Source: Eledone cirrhosa
Taxonomy: Eukaryota
NCBI GenBank assembly: GCA_964016885.1
Contig: OZ024741.1
Location: 246,946,001 to 247,010,000, forward strand
Direction: 5' to 3'
Length of the DNA: 64,000 bases
The position numbers and the translations under genes were made by a program. Below are positions 37,401-51,300 of this stretch, one piece after another (positions within the stretch are counted from its first letter, which is position 1; each line of letters opens with the position of its first letter). The notes under the pieces were generated by a model. That model was not told where the DNA came from. It saw only the letters and a list, made by a program, of their open reading frames with translations, and did not search any database.

Positions 37401-39149
37401 GATTTTTTTTACAAATTATCTCCCCCTGATTTTTTTTACAAATTATCTCCCCCTGATTTTTTTTTACAAATTATCTCCCCCTGATTTTTTTTTACAAATT
37501 ATCTCCCCCTGATTTTTTACAAATTATCTTCCCTTGGCTGGCGGGAAATTATCTCCCCTTGGACGGCTGGAAATTATCTCCCCTTGGAAGGATGGAAATT
37601 ATCTCCCCTTGGACGGCTGGAAATTATCTCCCCTTGCACGGCTGGAAATTATAGCCCCTTGGAGGGCTGGAAATTATCTCCCCTTGATATTTTTTACAAA
37701 TTATCTCCCCCTGATTTTTTTTACAAATTATCTCCCCCCTGATTTTTTTACAAATTATCTCCCCTTGGCTGGCTGGAAATTATCTCCCCTTGGAGGCTGG
37801 AACTTATCTCCCCTTGGACGGCTAGAAATTACCTCTCCTTGGACGGCTGGAAAATATGTCTCCTTGGACGGCTGGATATTATCTCCCCTTGGACGGCTGG
37901 AAATTATCTCCCCTTGGACGGCTGGAAATTATCTCCCCTTGGATGGCTAAATATTACCTCCCCTTGGACGGCTGGAAATTATCTCCCCCTGATTTTTTTA
38001 CAAATTATCTCCCCCTGATTTTTTTTTACAAATTATCTCCCCCTGATTTTTGTTTACAAATTATCTCCGCCTGATTTTTGTTTACAAATTATCTCCGCCT
38101 GATTTTTTTAAAAAAATTATCTCCCCTTGGACGGCTGGAAATTATCTCCCCTTGGACGGCTAGAAATTACCTCTCCTTGGACGGCTGAAAATTATCTCCC
38201 CTTGGACGGCTGGAAATTATCTCCCCTTGATTTTTTTACAAATTATCTCCCCCTGATTTTTTTTTTACAAATTATCTCCCCCTGATTTTCTTTTACAAAT
38301 TATCTACCCCTGATTTTTTTTTACAAATTATCTCCCCCTGATTTTTTTTACAAATTATCTCCCCCTGATTTTTTTTTACAAATTATCTCCCCCTGATTTT
38401 TTTACAAATTATCTCCCCCTGATTTTTTTTACAAATTATCTCCGCCTGATTTTTTTAAATATTATCTCTCCTTGGCTGGCGGGAAATTATCTCCCCTTGG
38501 ACGGCTGGAAATTATCTCCCCTTGGAAGGATGGAAATTATCTCCCCTTGGACGGCTGGAAATTATCTACCCCTGATTTTTTTTACAAATTATCTCCCCCT
38601 GATTTTTTTTACAAATTATCTCCCCCTGATTTTTTTTACAAATTATCTACCCCTGATTTTTTTTACAAATTATCTCCCCCTGATTTTTTTTACAAATTAT
38701 CTCCCCCTGATTTTTTTTCTACAAATTATCTCCCCCTGATTTTTTTACAAATTATCTCCCCCTGATTTTTTTTTACAAATTATCTCCCCCTGATTTTTTT
38801 ACAAATTATCTCCCCTTGGCTGGCTGGAAATTATCTCCCCTTGGAGGCTGGAACTTATCTCCCCTTGGACGGCTAGAAATTACCTCTCCTTGGACGGCTG
38901 GAAAATATGTCTCCTTGGACTGCTGGATATTATCTCCCCTTGGACGGCTGGAAATTATCTCCCCTTGGACGGCTGGAAATTATCTCCCCTTGGATGGCTA
39001 GATATTACCTCCCCTTGGACGGCTGGAAATTATCTCCCCTTGATTTTTTTTACAAATTATCTCCCCCTGATTTTTTTTTACAAATTATCTCCCCCTGATT
39101 TTTTTTTACAAATTATCTCCCCCTTATTTTTGTTTACAAATTATCTCCG

Positions 39150-42100
39150 CCTGATTTTTTTAAAAAAATTATCTCCCCTTGGACGGCTGGAAATTATCTC
39201 CCCTTGGACGGCTAGAAATTACCTCTCCTTGGACGGCTGAAAATTATCTCCCCTTGGACGGCTGGAAATTATCTCCCCTTGATTTTTTTACAAATTATCT
39301 CCCCCTGATTTTTTTTTTACAAATTATCTCCCCCTGATTTTTTTTTACAAATTATCTACCCCTGATTTTTTTAAATATTATCTCTCCTTGGCTGGCGGGA
39401 AATTATCTCCCCTTGGACGGCTGGAAATTATCTCCCCTTGGAAGGATGGAAATTATCTCCCCTTGGACGGCTGGAAATTATCTACCCCTGATTTTTTTTA
39501 CAAATTATCTCCCCCTGATTTTTTTACAAATTATCTCCCCCTGATTTTTTTTACAAATTATCTCCGCCTGATTTTTTTAAATGTTATCTCTCCTTGGCTG
39601 GCGGGAAATTATCTCCCCTTGGACGGCTGGAAATTATCTCCCCTTGGAAGGATGGAAATTATCTCCCCTTGGACGGCTGGAAATTATCTACCCCTGATTT
39701 TTTTTACAAATTATCTCCCCCTGATTTTTTTTACAAATTATCTCCCCCTGATTTTTTTTTACAAATTATCTACCCCTGATTTTTTTACAAATTATCTCCC
39801 CTTGGCTGGCTGGAAATTATCTCCCCTTGGACGGCTAGAAATTACATGTCCTTGGACGGCTGAAAATTATCTCCCCTTGGACGGCTGGAAATTATCTCCC
39901 CTTGATTTTTTTACAAATTATCTCCCCCTGATTTTTTTTTTACAAATTATCTCCCCCTGATTTTTTTTTACAAATTATCTACCCCTGATTTTTTTTTACA
40001 AATTATCTCCCCTTGATTTTTTTTACAAATTATCTCCCCCTGATTTTTTTTTACAAATTATCTCCCCCTGATTTTTTTTTACAAATTATCTCCCCCTGAT
40101 TTTTGTTTACAAATTATCTCCGCCTGATTTTTTAAAAAAAATTATCTCCCCTTGGACGGCTGGAAATTATCTCCCCTTGGACGGCTAGAAATTACCTCTC
40201 CTTGGACGGCTGAAAATTATCTCCCCTTGGACGGCTGGAAATTATCTCCCCTTGATTTTTTTACAAATTATCTCCCCCTGATTTTTTTTTTACAAATTAT
40301 CTCCCCCTGATTTTTTTTTACAAATTATCTACCCCTGATTTTTTTTTACAAATTATCTCCCCCTGATTTTTTTTACGAATTATCTCCCCCTGATTTTTTT
40401 TTACAAATTATCTCCCCCTGATTTTTTTAAATGTTATCTCTCCTTGGCTGGCGGGAAATTATCTCCCCTTGGACGGCTGGAAATTATCTCCCCTTGGAAG
40501 GATGGAAATTATCTCCCCTTGGACGGCTGAAAATTATCTACCCCTGATTTTTTTTACAAATTATCTCCCCCTGATTTTTTTACAAATTATCTCCGCCTGA
40601 TTTTTTTAAATGTTATCTCTCCTTGGCTGGCGGGAAATTATCTCCCCTTGGACGGCTGGAAATTATCTCCCCTTGGAAGGATGGAAATTATCTCCCCTTG
40701 GACGGCTGAAAATTATCTACCCCTGATTTTTTTTACAAATTATCTCCCCCTGATTCTTTTTACAAATTATCTCCCCCTGATTTTTTTTACAAATTATCTA
40801 CCCCTTATTTTTTTTACAAATTATCTCCCCCTGATTTTTTTTACAAATTATCTCCCCCTGATTTTTTTTTACAAATTATCTCCACCTGATTTTTTTTTTA
40901 CAAATTATCTCCCCCTGATTTTTTTACAAATTATCTCCCCCTGATTTTTTTTACAATCTCCGCCTGATTTTTTAAAAAATTATCTTCCCTTGGCTGGCGG
41001 GAAATTATCTCCCCTTGGACGGCTGGAAATTATCTCCCCTTGGAAGGATGGAAATTATCTCCCCTTGGACGGCTGGAAATTATCTCCCCTTGCACGGCTG
41101 GAAATTATAGCCCCTTGGAGGGCTGGAAATTATCTCCCCTTGATATTTTTTACAAATTATCTCCCCCTGATTTTTTTTTCAAATTATCTCCCCCTGATTT
41201 TTTTTACAAATTATCTCCCCCCTGATTTTTTTACAAATTATCTCCCCTTGGCTGGCTGGAAATTATCTCCCCTTGGAGGCTGGAACTTATCTCCCCTTGG
41301 ACGGCTAGAAATTACCTCTCCTTGGACGGCTGGAAAATATGTCTCCTTGGACGGCTGGATATTATCTCCCCTTGGACGGCTGGAAATTATCTCCCCTTGG
41401 ACGGCTGGAAATTATCTCCCCTTGGATGGCTAGATATTACCTCTCCTTGGACGGCTGAAAATTATCTCCCCTTGGACGGCTGGAAATTATCTCCCCTTGA
41501 TTTTTTTACAAATTATCTCCCCCTGATTTTTTTTTACAAATTATCTCCCCCTGATTTTTTTTTACAAATTATCTACCCCTGATTTTTTTTTACAAATTAT
41601 CTCCCCCTGATTTTTTTTACAAATTATCTCCCCCTGATTTTTTTTTACAAATTATCTCCCCCTGATTTTTTTACAAATTATCTCCCCCTGATTTTTTTTA
41701 CAAATTATCTCCGCCTGATTTTTTTAAATATTATCTCTCCTTGGCTGGCGGGAAATTATCTCCCCTTGGACGGCTGGAAATTATCTCCCCTTGGAAGGAT
41801 GGAAATTATCTCCCCTTGGACGGCTGGAAATTATCTACCCCTGATTTTTTTTATAAATTATCTCCCCCTGATTTTTTTACAAATTATCTCCCCCTGATTT
41901 TTTTTACAAATTATCTCCGCCTGATTTTTTTAAATGTTATCTCTCCTTGGCTGGCGGGAAATTATCTCCCCTTGGACGGCTGGAAATTATCTCCCCTTGG
42001 AAGGATGGAAATTATCTCCCCTTGGAGGGCTGAAAATTATCTACCCCTGATTTTTTTTACAAATTATCTCCCCCTGATTTTTTTTACAAATTATCTCCCC

Positions 42101-45100
42101 CTGATTTTTTTTACAAATTATCTACCCCTGATTTTTTTTACAAATTATCTCCCCCTGATTTTTTTTACAAATTATCTCCCCCTGATTTTTTTTTTACAAA
42201 TTATCTCCCCCTGATTTTTTTACAAATTATCTCCCCCTGATTTTTTTTTTACAAATTATCTCCCCCTGATTTTTTTACAAATTATCTCCCCTTGGCTGGC
42301 TGGAAATTATCTCCCCTTGGAGGCAGGAACTTATCTCCCCTTGGACGGCTAGAAATTACCTCTCCTTGGACGGCTGGAAAATATGTCTCCTTGGACGGCT
42401 GGATATTATCTCCCCTTGGACGGCTGGAAATTATCTCCCCTTGGACGGCTGGAAATTATCTCCCCTTGGATGGCTAGATATTACCTCCCCTTGGACGGCT
42501 GGAAATTATCTCCCCTTGATTTTTTTTACAAATTATCTCCCCCTGATTTTTTTTTACAAATTATCTCCCCCTGATTTTTTTTTACAAATTATCTACCCCT
42601 GATTTTTGTTTACAAATTATCTCCGCCTGATTTTTAAAAAAAAATTATCTCCCCTTGGACGGCTGGAAATTATCTCCCCTTGGACGGCTAGAAATTACCT
42701 CTCCTTGGACGGCTGAAAATTATCTCCCCTTGGACGGCTGGAAATTATCTCCCGTTGATTTTTTTACAAATTATCTCCCCCTGATTTTTTTTTTACAAAT
42801 TATCTCCCCCTGATTTTTTTTTACAAATTATCTACCCCTGATTTTTTTTACAAATTATCTCCCCCTGATTTTTTTACAAATTATCTCCCCCTGATTTTTT
42901 TTTACAAATTATCTCCCCCTGATTTTTTTACAAATTATCTCCCCCTGATTTTTTTTACAAATTATCTCCGCCTGATTTTTTTAAATATTATCTCTCCTTG
43001 GCTGGCGGGAAATTATCTCCCCTTGGACGGATGGAAATTATCTCCCCTTGGAAGGATGGAAATTATCTCCCCTTGGACGGCTGGAAATTATCTACCCCTG
43101 ATTTTTTTTACAAATTATCTCCCCCTGATTTTTTTACAAATTATCTCCCCCTGATTTTTTTTACAAATTATCTCCGCCTGATTTTTTTAAATGTTATCTC
43201 TCCTTGGCTGGCGGGAAATTATCTCCCCTTGGACGGGTGGAAATTATCTCCCCTTGGAAGGATGGAAATTATCTCCCCTTGGACGGCTGAAAATTATCTA
43301 CCCCTGATTTTTTCTACAAATTATCTCCCCCTGATTTTTTTTACAAATTATCTCCCCCTGATTTTTTTTTACAAATTATCTCCCCCTGATTTTTTTACAA
43401 ATTATCTCCCCCTGATTTTTTTTTTACAAATTATCTCCCCCTGATTTTTTTACAAATTATCTCCCCTTGGCTGGCTGGAAATTATCTCCCCTTGGAGGCT
43501 GGAACTTATCTCCCCTTGGACGGCTAGAAATTACCTCTCCTTGGACGGCTGGAAAATATGTCTCCTTGGACGGCTGGATATTATCTCCCCTTGGACGGCT
43601 GGAAATTATCTCCCCTTGGACGGCTGGAAATTATCTCCCCTTGGATGGCTTGATATTACCTCCCCTTGGACGGCTGGAAATTATCTCCCCTTGATTTTTT
43701 TTACAAATTATCTCCCCCTGATTTTTTTTTACAAATTATCTCCCCCTGATTTTTTTTTACAAATTATCTCCCCCTGATTTTTGTTTACAAATTATCTCCG
43801 CCTGATTTTTTTAAAAAAATTATCTCCCCTTGGACGGCTGGAAATTATCTCCCCTTGGACGGCTAGAAATTACCTCCTTGGACGGCTGAAAATTATCTCC
43901 CCTTGGACGGCTGGAAATTATCTCCCCTTGATTTTTTTACAAATTATCTCCCCCTGATTTTTTTTTTACAAATTATCTCCCCCTGATTTTTTTTTACAAA
44001 TTATCTACCCCTGATTTTTTTAAATATTATCTCTCCTTGGCTGGCGGGAAATTATCTCCCCTTGGACGGCTGGAAATTATCTCCCCTTGGAAGGATGGAA
44101 ATTATCTCCCCTTGGACGGCTGGAAATTATCTACCCCTGATTTTTTTTACAAATTATCTCCCCCTGATTTTTTTACAAATTATCTCCCCCTGATTTTTTT
44201 TACAAATTATCTCCGCCTGATTTTTTTAAATGTTATCTCTCCTTGGCTGGCGGGAAATTATCTCCCCTTGGACGGCTGGAAATTATCTCCCCTTGGAAGG
44301 ATGGAAATTATCTCCCCTTGGACGGCTGGAAATTATCTACCCCTGATTTTTTTTACAAATTATCTCCCCCTGATTTTTTTTACAAATTATCTCCCCCTGA
44401 TTTTTTTTTACAAATTATCTACCCCTGATTTTTTTACAAATTATCTCCCCTTGGCTGGCTGGAAATTATCTCCCCTTGGACGGCTAGAAATTACATGTCC
44501 TTGGACGGCTGAAAATTATCTCCCCTTGGACGGCTGGAAATTATCTCCCCTTGATTTTTTTACAAATTATCTCCCCCTGATTTTTTTTTTACAAATTATC
44601 TCCCCCTGATTTTTTTTTACAAATTATCTACCCCTGATTTTTTTTACAAATTATCTCCCCTTGATTTTTTTTACAAATTATCTCCCCCTGATTTTTTTTT
44701 ACAAATTATCTCCTCCTGATTTTTTTTTACAAATTATCTCCCCCTGATTTTTGTTTACAAATTATCTCCGCCTGATTTTTTAAAAAAAATTATCTCCCCT
44801 TGGACGGCTGGAAATTATCTCCCCTTGGACGGCTAGAAATTACCTCTCCTTGGACGGCTGAAAATTATCTCCCCTTGGACGGCTGGAAATTATCTCCCCT
44901 TGATTTTTTTACAAATTATCTCCCCCTGATTTTTTTTTTACAAATTATCTCCCCCTGATTTTTTTTTACAAATTATCTACCCCTGATTTTTTTTTACAAA
45001 TTATCTCCCCCTGATTTTTTTTACGAATTATCTCCCCCTGATTTTTTTTTACAAATTATCTCCCCCTGATTTTTTTAAATGTTATCTCTCCTTGGCTGGC

Positions 45101-48100
45101 GGGAAATTATCTCCCCTTGGACGGCTGGAAATTATCTCCCCTTGGAAGGATGGAAATTATCTCCCCTTGGACGGCTGAAAATTATCTACCCCTGATTTTT
45201 TTTACAAATTATCTCCCCCTGATTTTTTTACAAATTATCTCCGCCTGATTTTTTTAAATGTTATCTCTCCTTGGCTGGCGGGAAATTATCTCCCCTTGGA
45301 CGGCTGGAAATTATCTCCCCTTGGAAGGATGGAAATTATCTCCCCTTGGACGGCTGAAAATTATCTACCCCTGATTTTTTTTACAAATTATCTCCCCCTG
45401 ATTTTTTTTACAAATTATCTCCCCCTGATTTTTTTTACAAATTATCTACCCCTTATTTTTTTTACAAATTATCTCCCCCTGATTTTTTTTACAAATTATC
45501 TCCCCCTGATTTTTTTTTACAAATTATCTCCACCTGATTTTTTTTTTACAAATTATCTTCCCCTGATTTTTTTACAAATTATCTCCCCCTGATTTTTTTT
45601 ACAATCTCCGCCTGATTTTTTAAAAAATTATCTTCCCTTGGCTGGCGGGAAATTATCTCCCCTTGGACGGCTGGAAATTATCTCCCCTTGGAAGGATGGA
45701 AATTATCTCCCCTTGGACGGCTGGAAATTATCTCCCCTTGCACGGCTGGAAATTATAGCCCCTTGGAGGGCTGGAAATTATCTCCCCTTGATATTTTTTA
45801 CAAATTATCTCCCCCTGATTTTTTTTTCAAATTATCTCCCCCTGATTTTTTTTACAAATTATCTCCCCCCTGATTTTTTTACAAATTATCTCCCCTTGGC
45901 TGGCTGGAAATTATCTCCCCTTGGAGGCTGGAACTTATCTCCCCTTGGACGGCTAGAAATTACCTCTCCTTGGACGGCTGGAAAATATGTCTCCTTGGAC
46001 GGCTGGATATTATCTCCCCTTGGACGGCTGGAAATTATCTCCCCTTGGACGGCTGGAAATTATCTCCCCTTGGATGGCTAGATATTACCTCTCCTTGGAC
46101 GGCTGAAAATTATCTCCCCTTGGACGGCTGGAAATTATCTCCCCTTGATTTTTTTACAAATTATCTCCCCCTGATTTTTTTTTACAAATTATCTCCCCCT
46201 GATTTTTTTTTACAAATTATCTACCCCTGATTTTTTTTTACAAATTATCTCCCCCTGATTTTTTTTACAAATTATCTCCCCCTGATTTTTTTTTACAAAT
46301 TATCTCCCCCTGATTTTTTTACAAATTATCTCCCCCTGATTTTTTTTACAAATTATCTCCGCCTGATTTTTTTAAATATTATCTCTCCTTGGCTGGCGGG
46401 AAATTATCTCCCCTTGGACGGCTGGAAATTATCTCCCCTTGGAAGGATGTAAATTATCTCCCCTTGGACGGCTGGAAATTATCTACCCCTGATTTTTTTT
46501 ATAAATTATCTCCCCCTGATTTTTTTACAAATTATCTCCCCCTGATTTTTTTTACAAATTATCTCCGCCTGATTTTTTTAAATGTTATCTCTCCTTGGCT
46601 GGCGGGAAATTATCTCCCCTTGGACGGCTGGAAATTATCTCCCCTTGGAAGGATGGAAATTATCTCCCCTTGGAGGGCTGAAAATTATCTACCCCTGATT
46701 TTTTTTACAAATTATCTCCCCCTGATTTTTTTTACAAATTATCTACCCCTGATTTTTTTTACAAATTATCTCCCCCTGATTTTTTTTACAAATTATCTCC
46801 CCCTGATTTTTTTTTTACAAATTATCTCCCCCTGATTTTTTTACAAATTATCTCCCCCTGATTTTTTTTTTACAAATTATCTCCCCCTGATTTTTTTACA
46901 AATTATCTCCCCTTGGCTGGCTGGAAATTATCTCCCCTTGGAGGCAGGAACTTATCTCCCCTTGGACGGCTAGAAATTACCTCTCCTTGGACGGCTGGAA
47001 AATATGTCTCCTTGGACGGCTGGATATTATCTCCCCTTGGACGGCTAGAAATTACCTCTCGGACGGCTGAAAATTATCTCCCCTTGGACGGCTGGAAATT
47101 ATCTCCCCTTGATTTTTTTACAAATTATCTCCCCCTGATTTTTTTTTTACAAATTATCTCCCCCTGATTTTTTTTTACATATTATCTACCCCTGATTTTT
47201 TTTACAAATTATCTCCCCCTGATTTTTTTACAAATTATCTCCCCCTGATTTTTTTTTACAAATTATCTCCCCCTGATTTTTTTACAAATTATCTCCCCCT
47301 GATTTTTTTTACAAATTATCTCCGCCTGATTTTTTTAAATATTATCTCTCCTTGGCTGGCGGGAAATTATCTCCCCTTGGACGGCTGGAAATTATCTCCC
47401 CTTGGAAGGATGGAAATTATCTCCCCTTGGACGGCTGGAAATTATCTACCCCTGATTTTTTTTACAAATTATCTCCCCCTGATTTTTTTACAAATTATCT
47501 CCCCCTGATTTTTTTTACAAATTATCTCCGCCTGATTTTTTTAAATGTTATCTCTCCTTGGCTGGCGGGAAATTATCTCCCCTTGGACGGGTGGAAATTA
47601 TCTCCCCTTGGAAGGATGGAAATTATCTCCCCTTGGACGGCTGAAAATTATCTACCCCTGATTTTTTCTACAAATTGTCTCCCCCTGATTTTTTTTACAA
47701 ATTATCTCCCCCTGATTTTTTTTTTACAAATTATCTCCCCCTGATTTTTTTACAAATTATCTCCCCCTGATTTTTTTTTTACAAATTATCTCCCCCTGAT
47801 TTTTTTACAAATTATCTCCCCTTGGCTGGCTGGAAATTATCTCCCCTTGGAGGCTGGAACTTATCTCCCCTTGGACGGCTAGAAATTACCTCTCCTTGGA
47901 CGGCTGGAAAATATGTCTCCTTGGACGGCTGGATATTATCTCCCCTTGGACGGCTGGAAATTATCTCCCCTTGGACGGCTGGAAATTATCTCCCCTTGGA
48001 TGGCTAGATATTACCTCCCCTTGGACGGCTGGAAATTATCTCCCCTTGATTTTTTTTACAAATTATCTCCCCCTGATTTTTTTTTACAAATTATCTCCCC

Positions 48101-48350
48101 CTGATTTTTTTTTACAAATTATCTCCCCCTGATTTTTGTTTACAAATTATCTCCGCCTGATTTTTTTAAAAAAATTATCTCCCCTTGGACGGCTGGAAAT
48201 TATCTCCCCTTGGACGGCTAGAAATTACCTCCTTGGACGGCTGAAAATTATCTCCCCTTGGACGGCTGGAAATTATCTCCCCTTGATTTTTTTACAAATT
48301 ATCTCCCCGTGATTTTTTTTTTACAAATTATCTCCCCCTGATTTTTTTTT
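39150..48350 (+). repeat. Tandem duplication with ~4.65 kb period, shrinking to ~4.35 kb through indels (boundaries approximate)
   Basis: Offsets: 39388->44037 = 4649; 40648->45296, 40990->45638 and 41741->46389 = 4648; 42998->47352 = 4354. Shared ATTACATGTCC (~39841/44490), CTCCACCTGA, CCCCTTATTT and GGACGGGTGG. Confidence 0.88.
41741..42997 (+). repeat. Full HOR copy (1257 bp)
   Basis: P at 41741, Q at 42292, R at ~42655, next P at 42998. Confidence 0.85.
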
Positions 48351-51300
48351 ACAAATTATCTACCCCTGATTTTTTTTTACAAATTATCTCCCCCTGATTT
48401 TTTTTACAAATTATCTCCCCTGATTTTTTTTTACAAATTATCTCCCCCTGATTTTTTTACAAATTATCTCCCCCTGATTTTTTTTACAAATTATCTCCGC
48501 CTGATTTTTTTAAATATTATCTCTCCTTGGCTGGCGGGAAATTATCTCCCCTTGGACGGCTGGAAATTATCTCCCCTTGGAAGGATGGAAATTATCTCCC
48601 CTTGGACGGCTGGAAATTATCTACCCCTGATTTTTTTTACAAATTATCTCCCCCTGATTTTTTTACAAATTATCTCGCCCTGATTTTTTTTACAAATTAT
48701 CTCCGCCTGATTTTTTTAAATGTTATCTCTCCTTGGCTGGCGGGAAATTATCTCCCCTTGGACGGCTGGAAATTATCTCCCCTTGGAAGGATGGAAATTA
48801 TCTCCCCTTGGACGGCTGGAAATTATCTACCCCTGATTTTTTTTACAAATTATCTCCCCCTGATTTTTTTTACAAATTATCTCCCCCTGATTTTTTTTTA
48901 CAAATTATCTACCCCTGATTTTTTTACAAATTATCTCCGCTTGGCTGGCTGGAAATTATCTCCCCTTGGACGGCTAGAAATTATCTCTCCTTGGACGGCT
49001 GAAAATTATCTCCCCTTGGACGGCTGGAAATTATCTCCCCTTGATTTTTTCACAAATTATCTCCCCCTGATTTTTTTTTTACAAATTATCTCCCCCTGAT
49101 TTTTTTTTACAAATTATCTACCCCTGATTTTTTTTAAAAATTATCTCCCCTTGATTTTTTTTACAAATTATCTCCCCCTGATTTTTTTTTACAAATTATC
49201 TCCCCCTGATTTTTTTTTACAAATTATCTCCCCCTGATTTTTGTTTACAAATTATCTCCGCCTGATTTTTTTAAAAAAATTATCTCCCCTTGGACGGCTG
49301 GAAATTATCTCCCCTTGGACGGCTAGAAATTACCTCTCCTTGGACGGCTGAAAATTATCTCCCCTTGGACGGCTGGAAATTATCTCCCCTTGATTTTTTT
49401 ACAAATTATCTCCCCCTGATTTTTTTTTTACAAATTATCTACCCCTGATTTTTTTTTACAAATTATCTCCCCCTGATTTTTTTTTACAAATTATCTCCCC
49501 CTGATTTTTTTTTACAAATTATCTCCCCCTGATTTTTTTACAAATTATCTCCCCCTGATTTTTTTTACAAATTATCTCCGCCTGATTTTTTTAAATATTA
49601 TCTCTCCTTGGCTGGCGGGAAATTATCTCCCCTTGGACGGCTGGAAATTATCTCCCCTTGGAAGGATGGAAATTATCTCCCCTTGGACGGCTGGAAATTA
49701 TCTACCCCTGATTTTTTTTACAAATTATCTCCCCCTGATTTTTTTACAAATTATCTCCGCCTGATTTTTTTAAATGTTATCTCTCCTTGGCTGGCGGGAA
49801 ATTATCTCCCCTTGGACGGCTGGAAATTATCTCCCCTTGGAAGGATGGAAATTATCTCCCCTTGGACGGCTGAAAATTATCTACCCCTGATTTTTTTTAC
49901 AAATTATCTCTCCCTGATTTTTTTTACAAATTATCTCCCCCTGATTTTTTTTACAAATTATCTACCCCTGATTTTTTTTACAAATTATCTCCCCCTGATT
50001 TTTTTTACAAATTATCTCCCCCTGATTTTTTTTTACAAATTGTCTCCCCCTGATTTTTTTTTTACAAATTATCTCCCCCTGATTTTTTTACAAATTATCT
50101 CCCCCTGATTTTTTTTACAATCTCCGCCTGATTTTTTAAAAAATTATCTTCCCTTGGCTGGCGGGAAATTATCTCCCCTTGGACGGCTGGAAATTATCTC
50201 CCCTTGGAAGGATGGAAATTATCTCCCCTTGGACGGCTGGAAATTATCTCCCCTTGCACGGCTGGAAATTATAGCCCCTTGGAGGGCTGGAAATTATCTC
50301 CCCTTGATATTTTTTACAAATTATCTCCCCCTGATTTTTTTTTCAAATTATCTCCCCCTGATTGTTTTTACAAATTATCTCCCCCCTGATTTTTTTACAA
50401 ATTATCTCCCCTTGGCTGGCTGGAAATTATCTCCCCTTGGAGGCTGGAACTTATCTCCCCTTGGACGGCTAGAAATTACCTCTCCTTGGACGGCTGGAAA
50501 ATATGTCTCCTTGGACGGCTGGATATTATCTCCCCTTGGACGGCTGGAAATTATCTCCCCTTGGACGGCTGGAAATTATCTCCCCTTGGATGGCTAGATA
50601 TTACCTCCCCTTGGACGGCTGGAAATCATCTCCCCTTGATTTTTTTTACAAATTATCTCCCCCTGATTTTTTTTTACAAATTATCTCCCCCTGATTTTTT
50701 TTTTAAAATTATCTCCCCCTGATTTTTGTTTACAAATTATCTCCGCCTGATTTTTTTTAAAAAATTATCTCCCCTTGGACGGCTGGAAATTATCTCCCCT
50801 TGGACGGCTGGAAATTATATCTCCTTGGACGGCTAGAATTTACCTCTCCTTGGACGGCTGAAAATTATCTCCCCTTGGACGGCTGGAAATTATCTCCCCT
50901 TGATTTTTTTTACAAATTATCTCCCCCTGATTTTTTTTTACAAATTATCTCCCCCTGATTTTTTTTTACAAATTATCTCCCCCTAATTTTTTTTTACAAA
51001 TTATCTCCCCCTAATTTTTTTACAAATTATCTCCCCTTGGCTGGCTGGAAATTATCTCCCCTTGGAGGCTGGAACTTATCTCCCCTTGGACGGCTAGAAA
51101 TTACGTCTCCTTGGACGGCTGGAAAATATGTCTCCTTGGACGGCTCGATATTATCTCCCCTTGGACGGCTGGAAATTATCTCCCCTTGGACGGCTGGAAA
51201 TTATCTCCCCTTGGATGGCTAGATATTACCTCCCCTTGGACGGCTGGAAATTATCTCCCCTTGATTTTTTTTACAAATTATCTCCCCCTGATTTTTTTTT

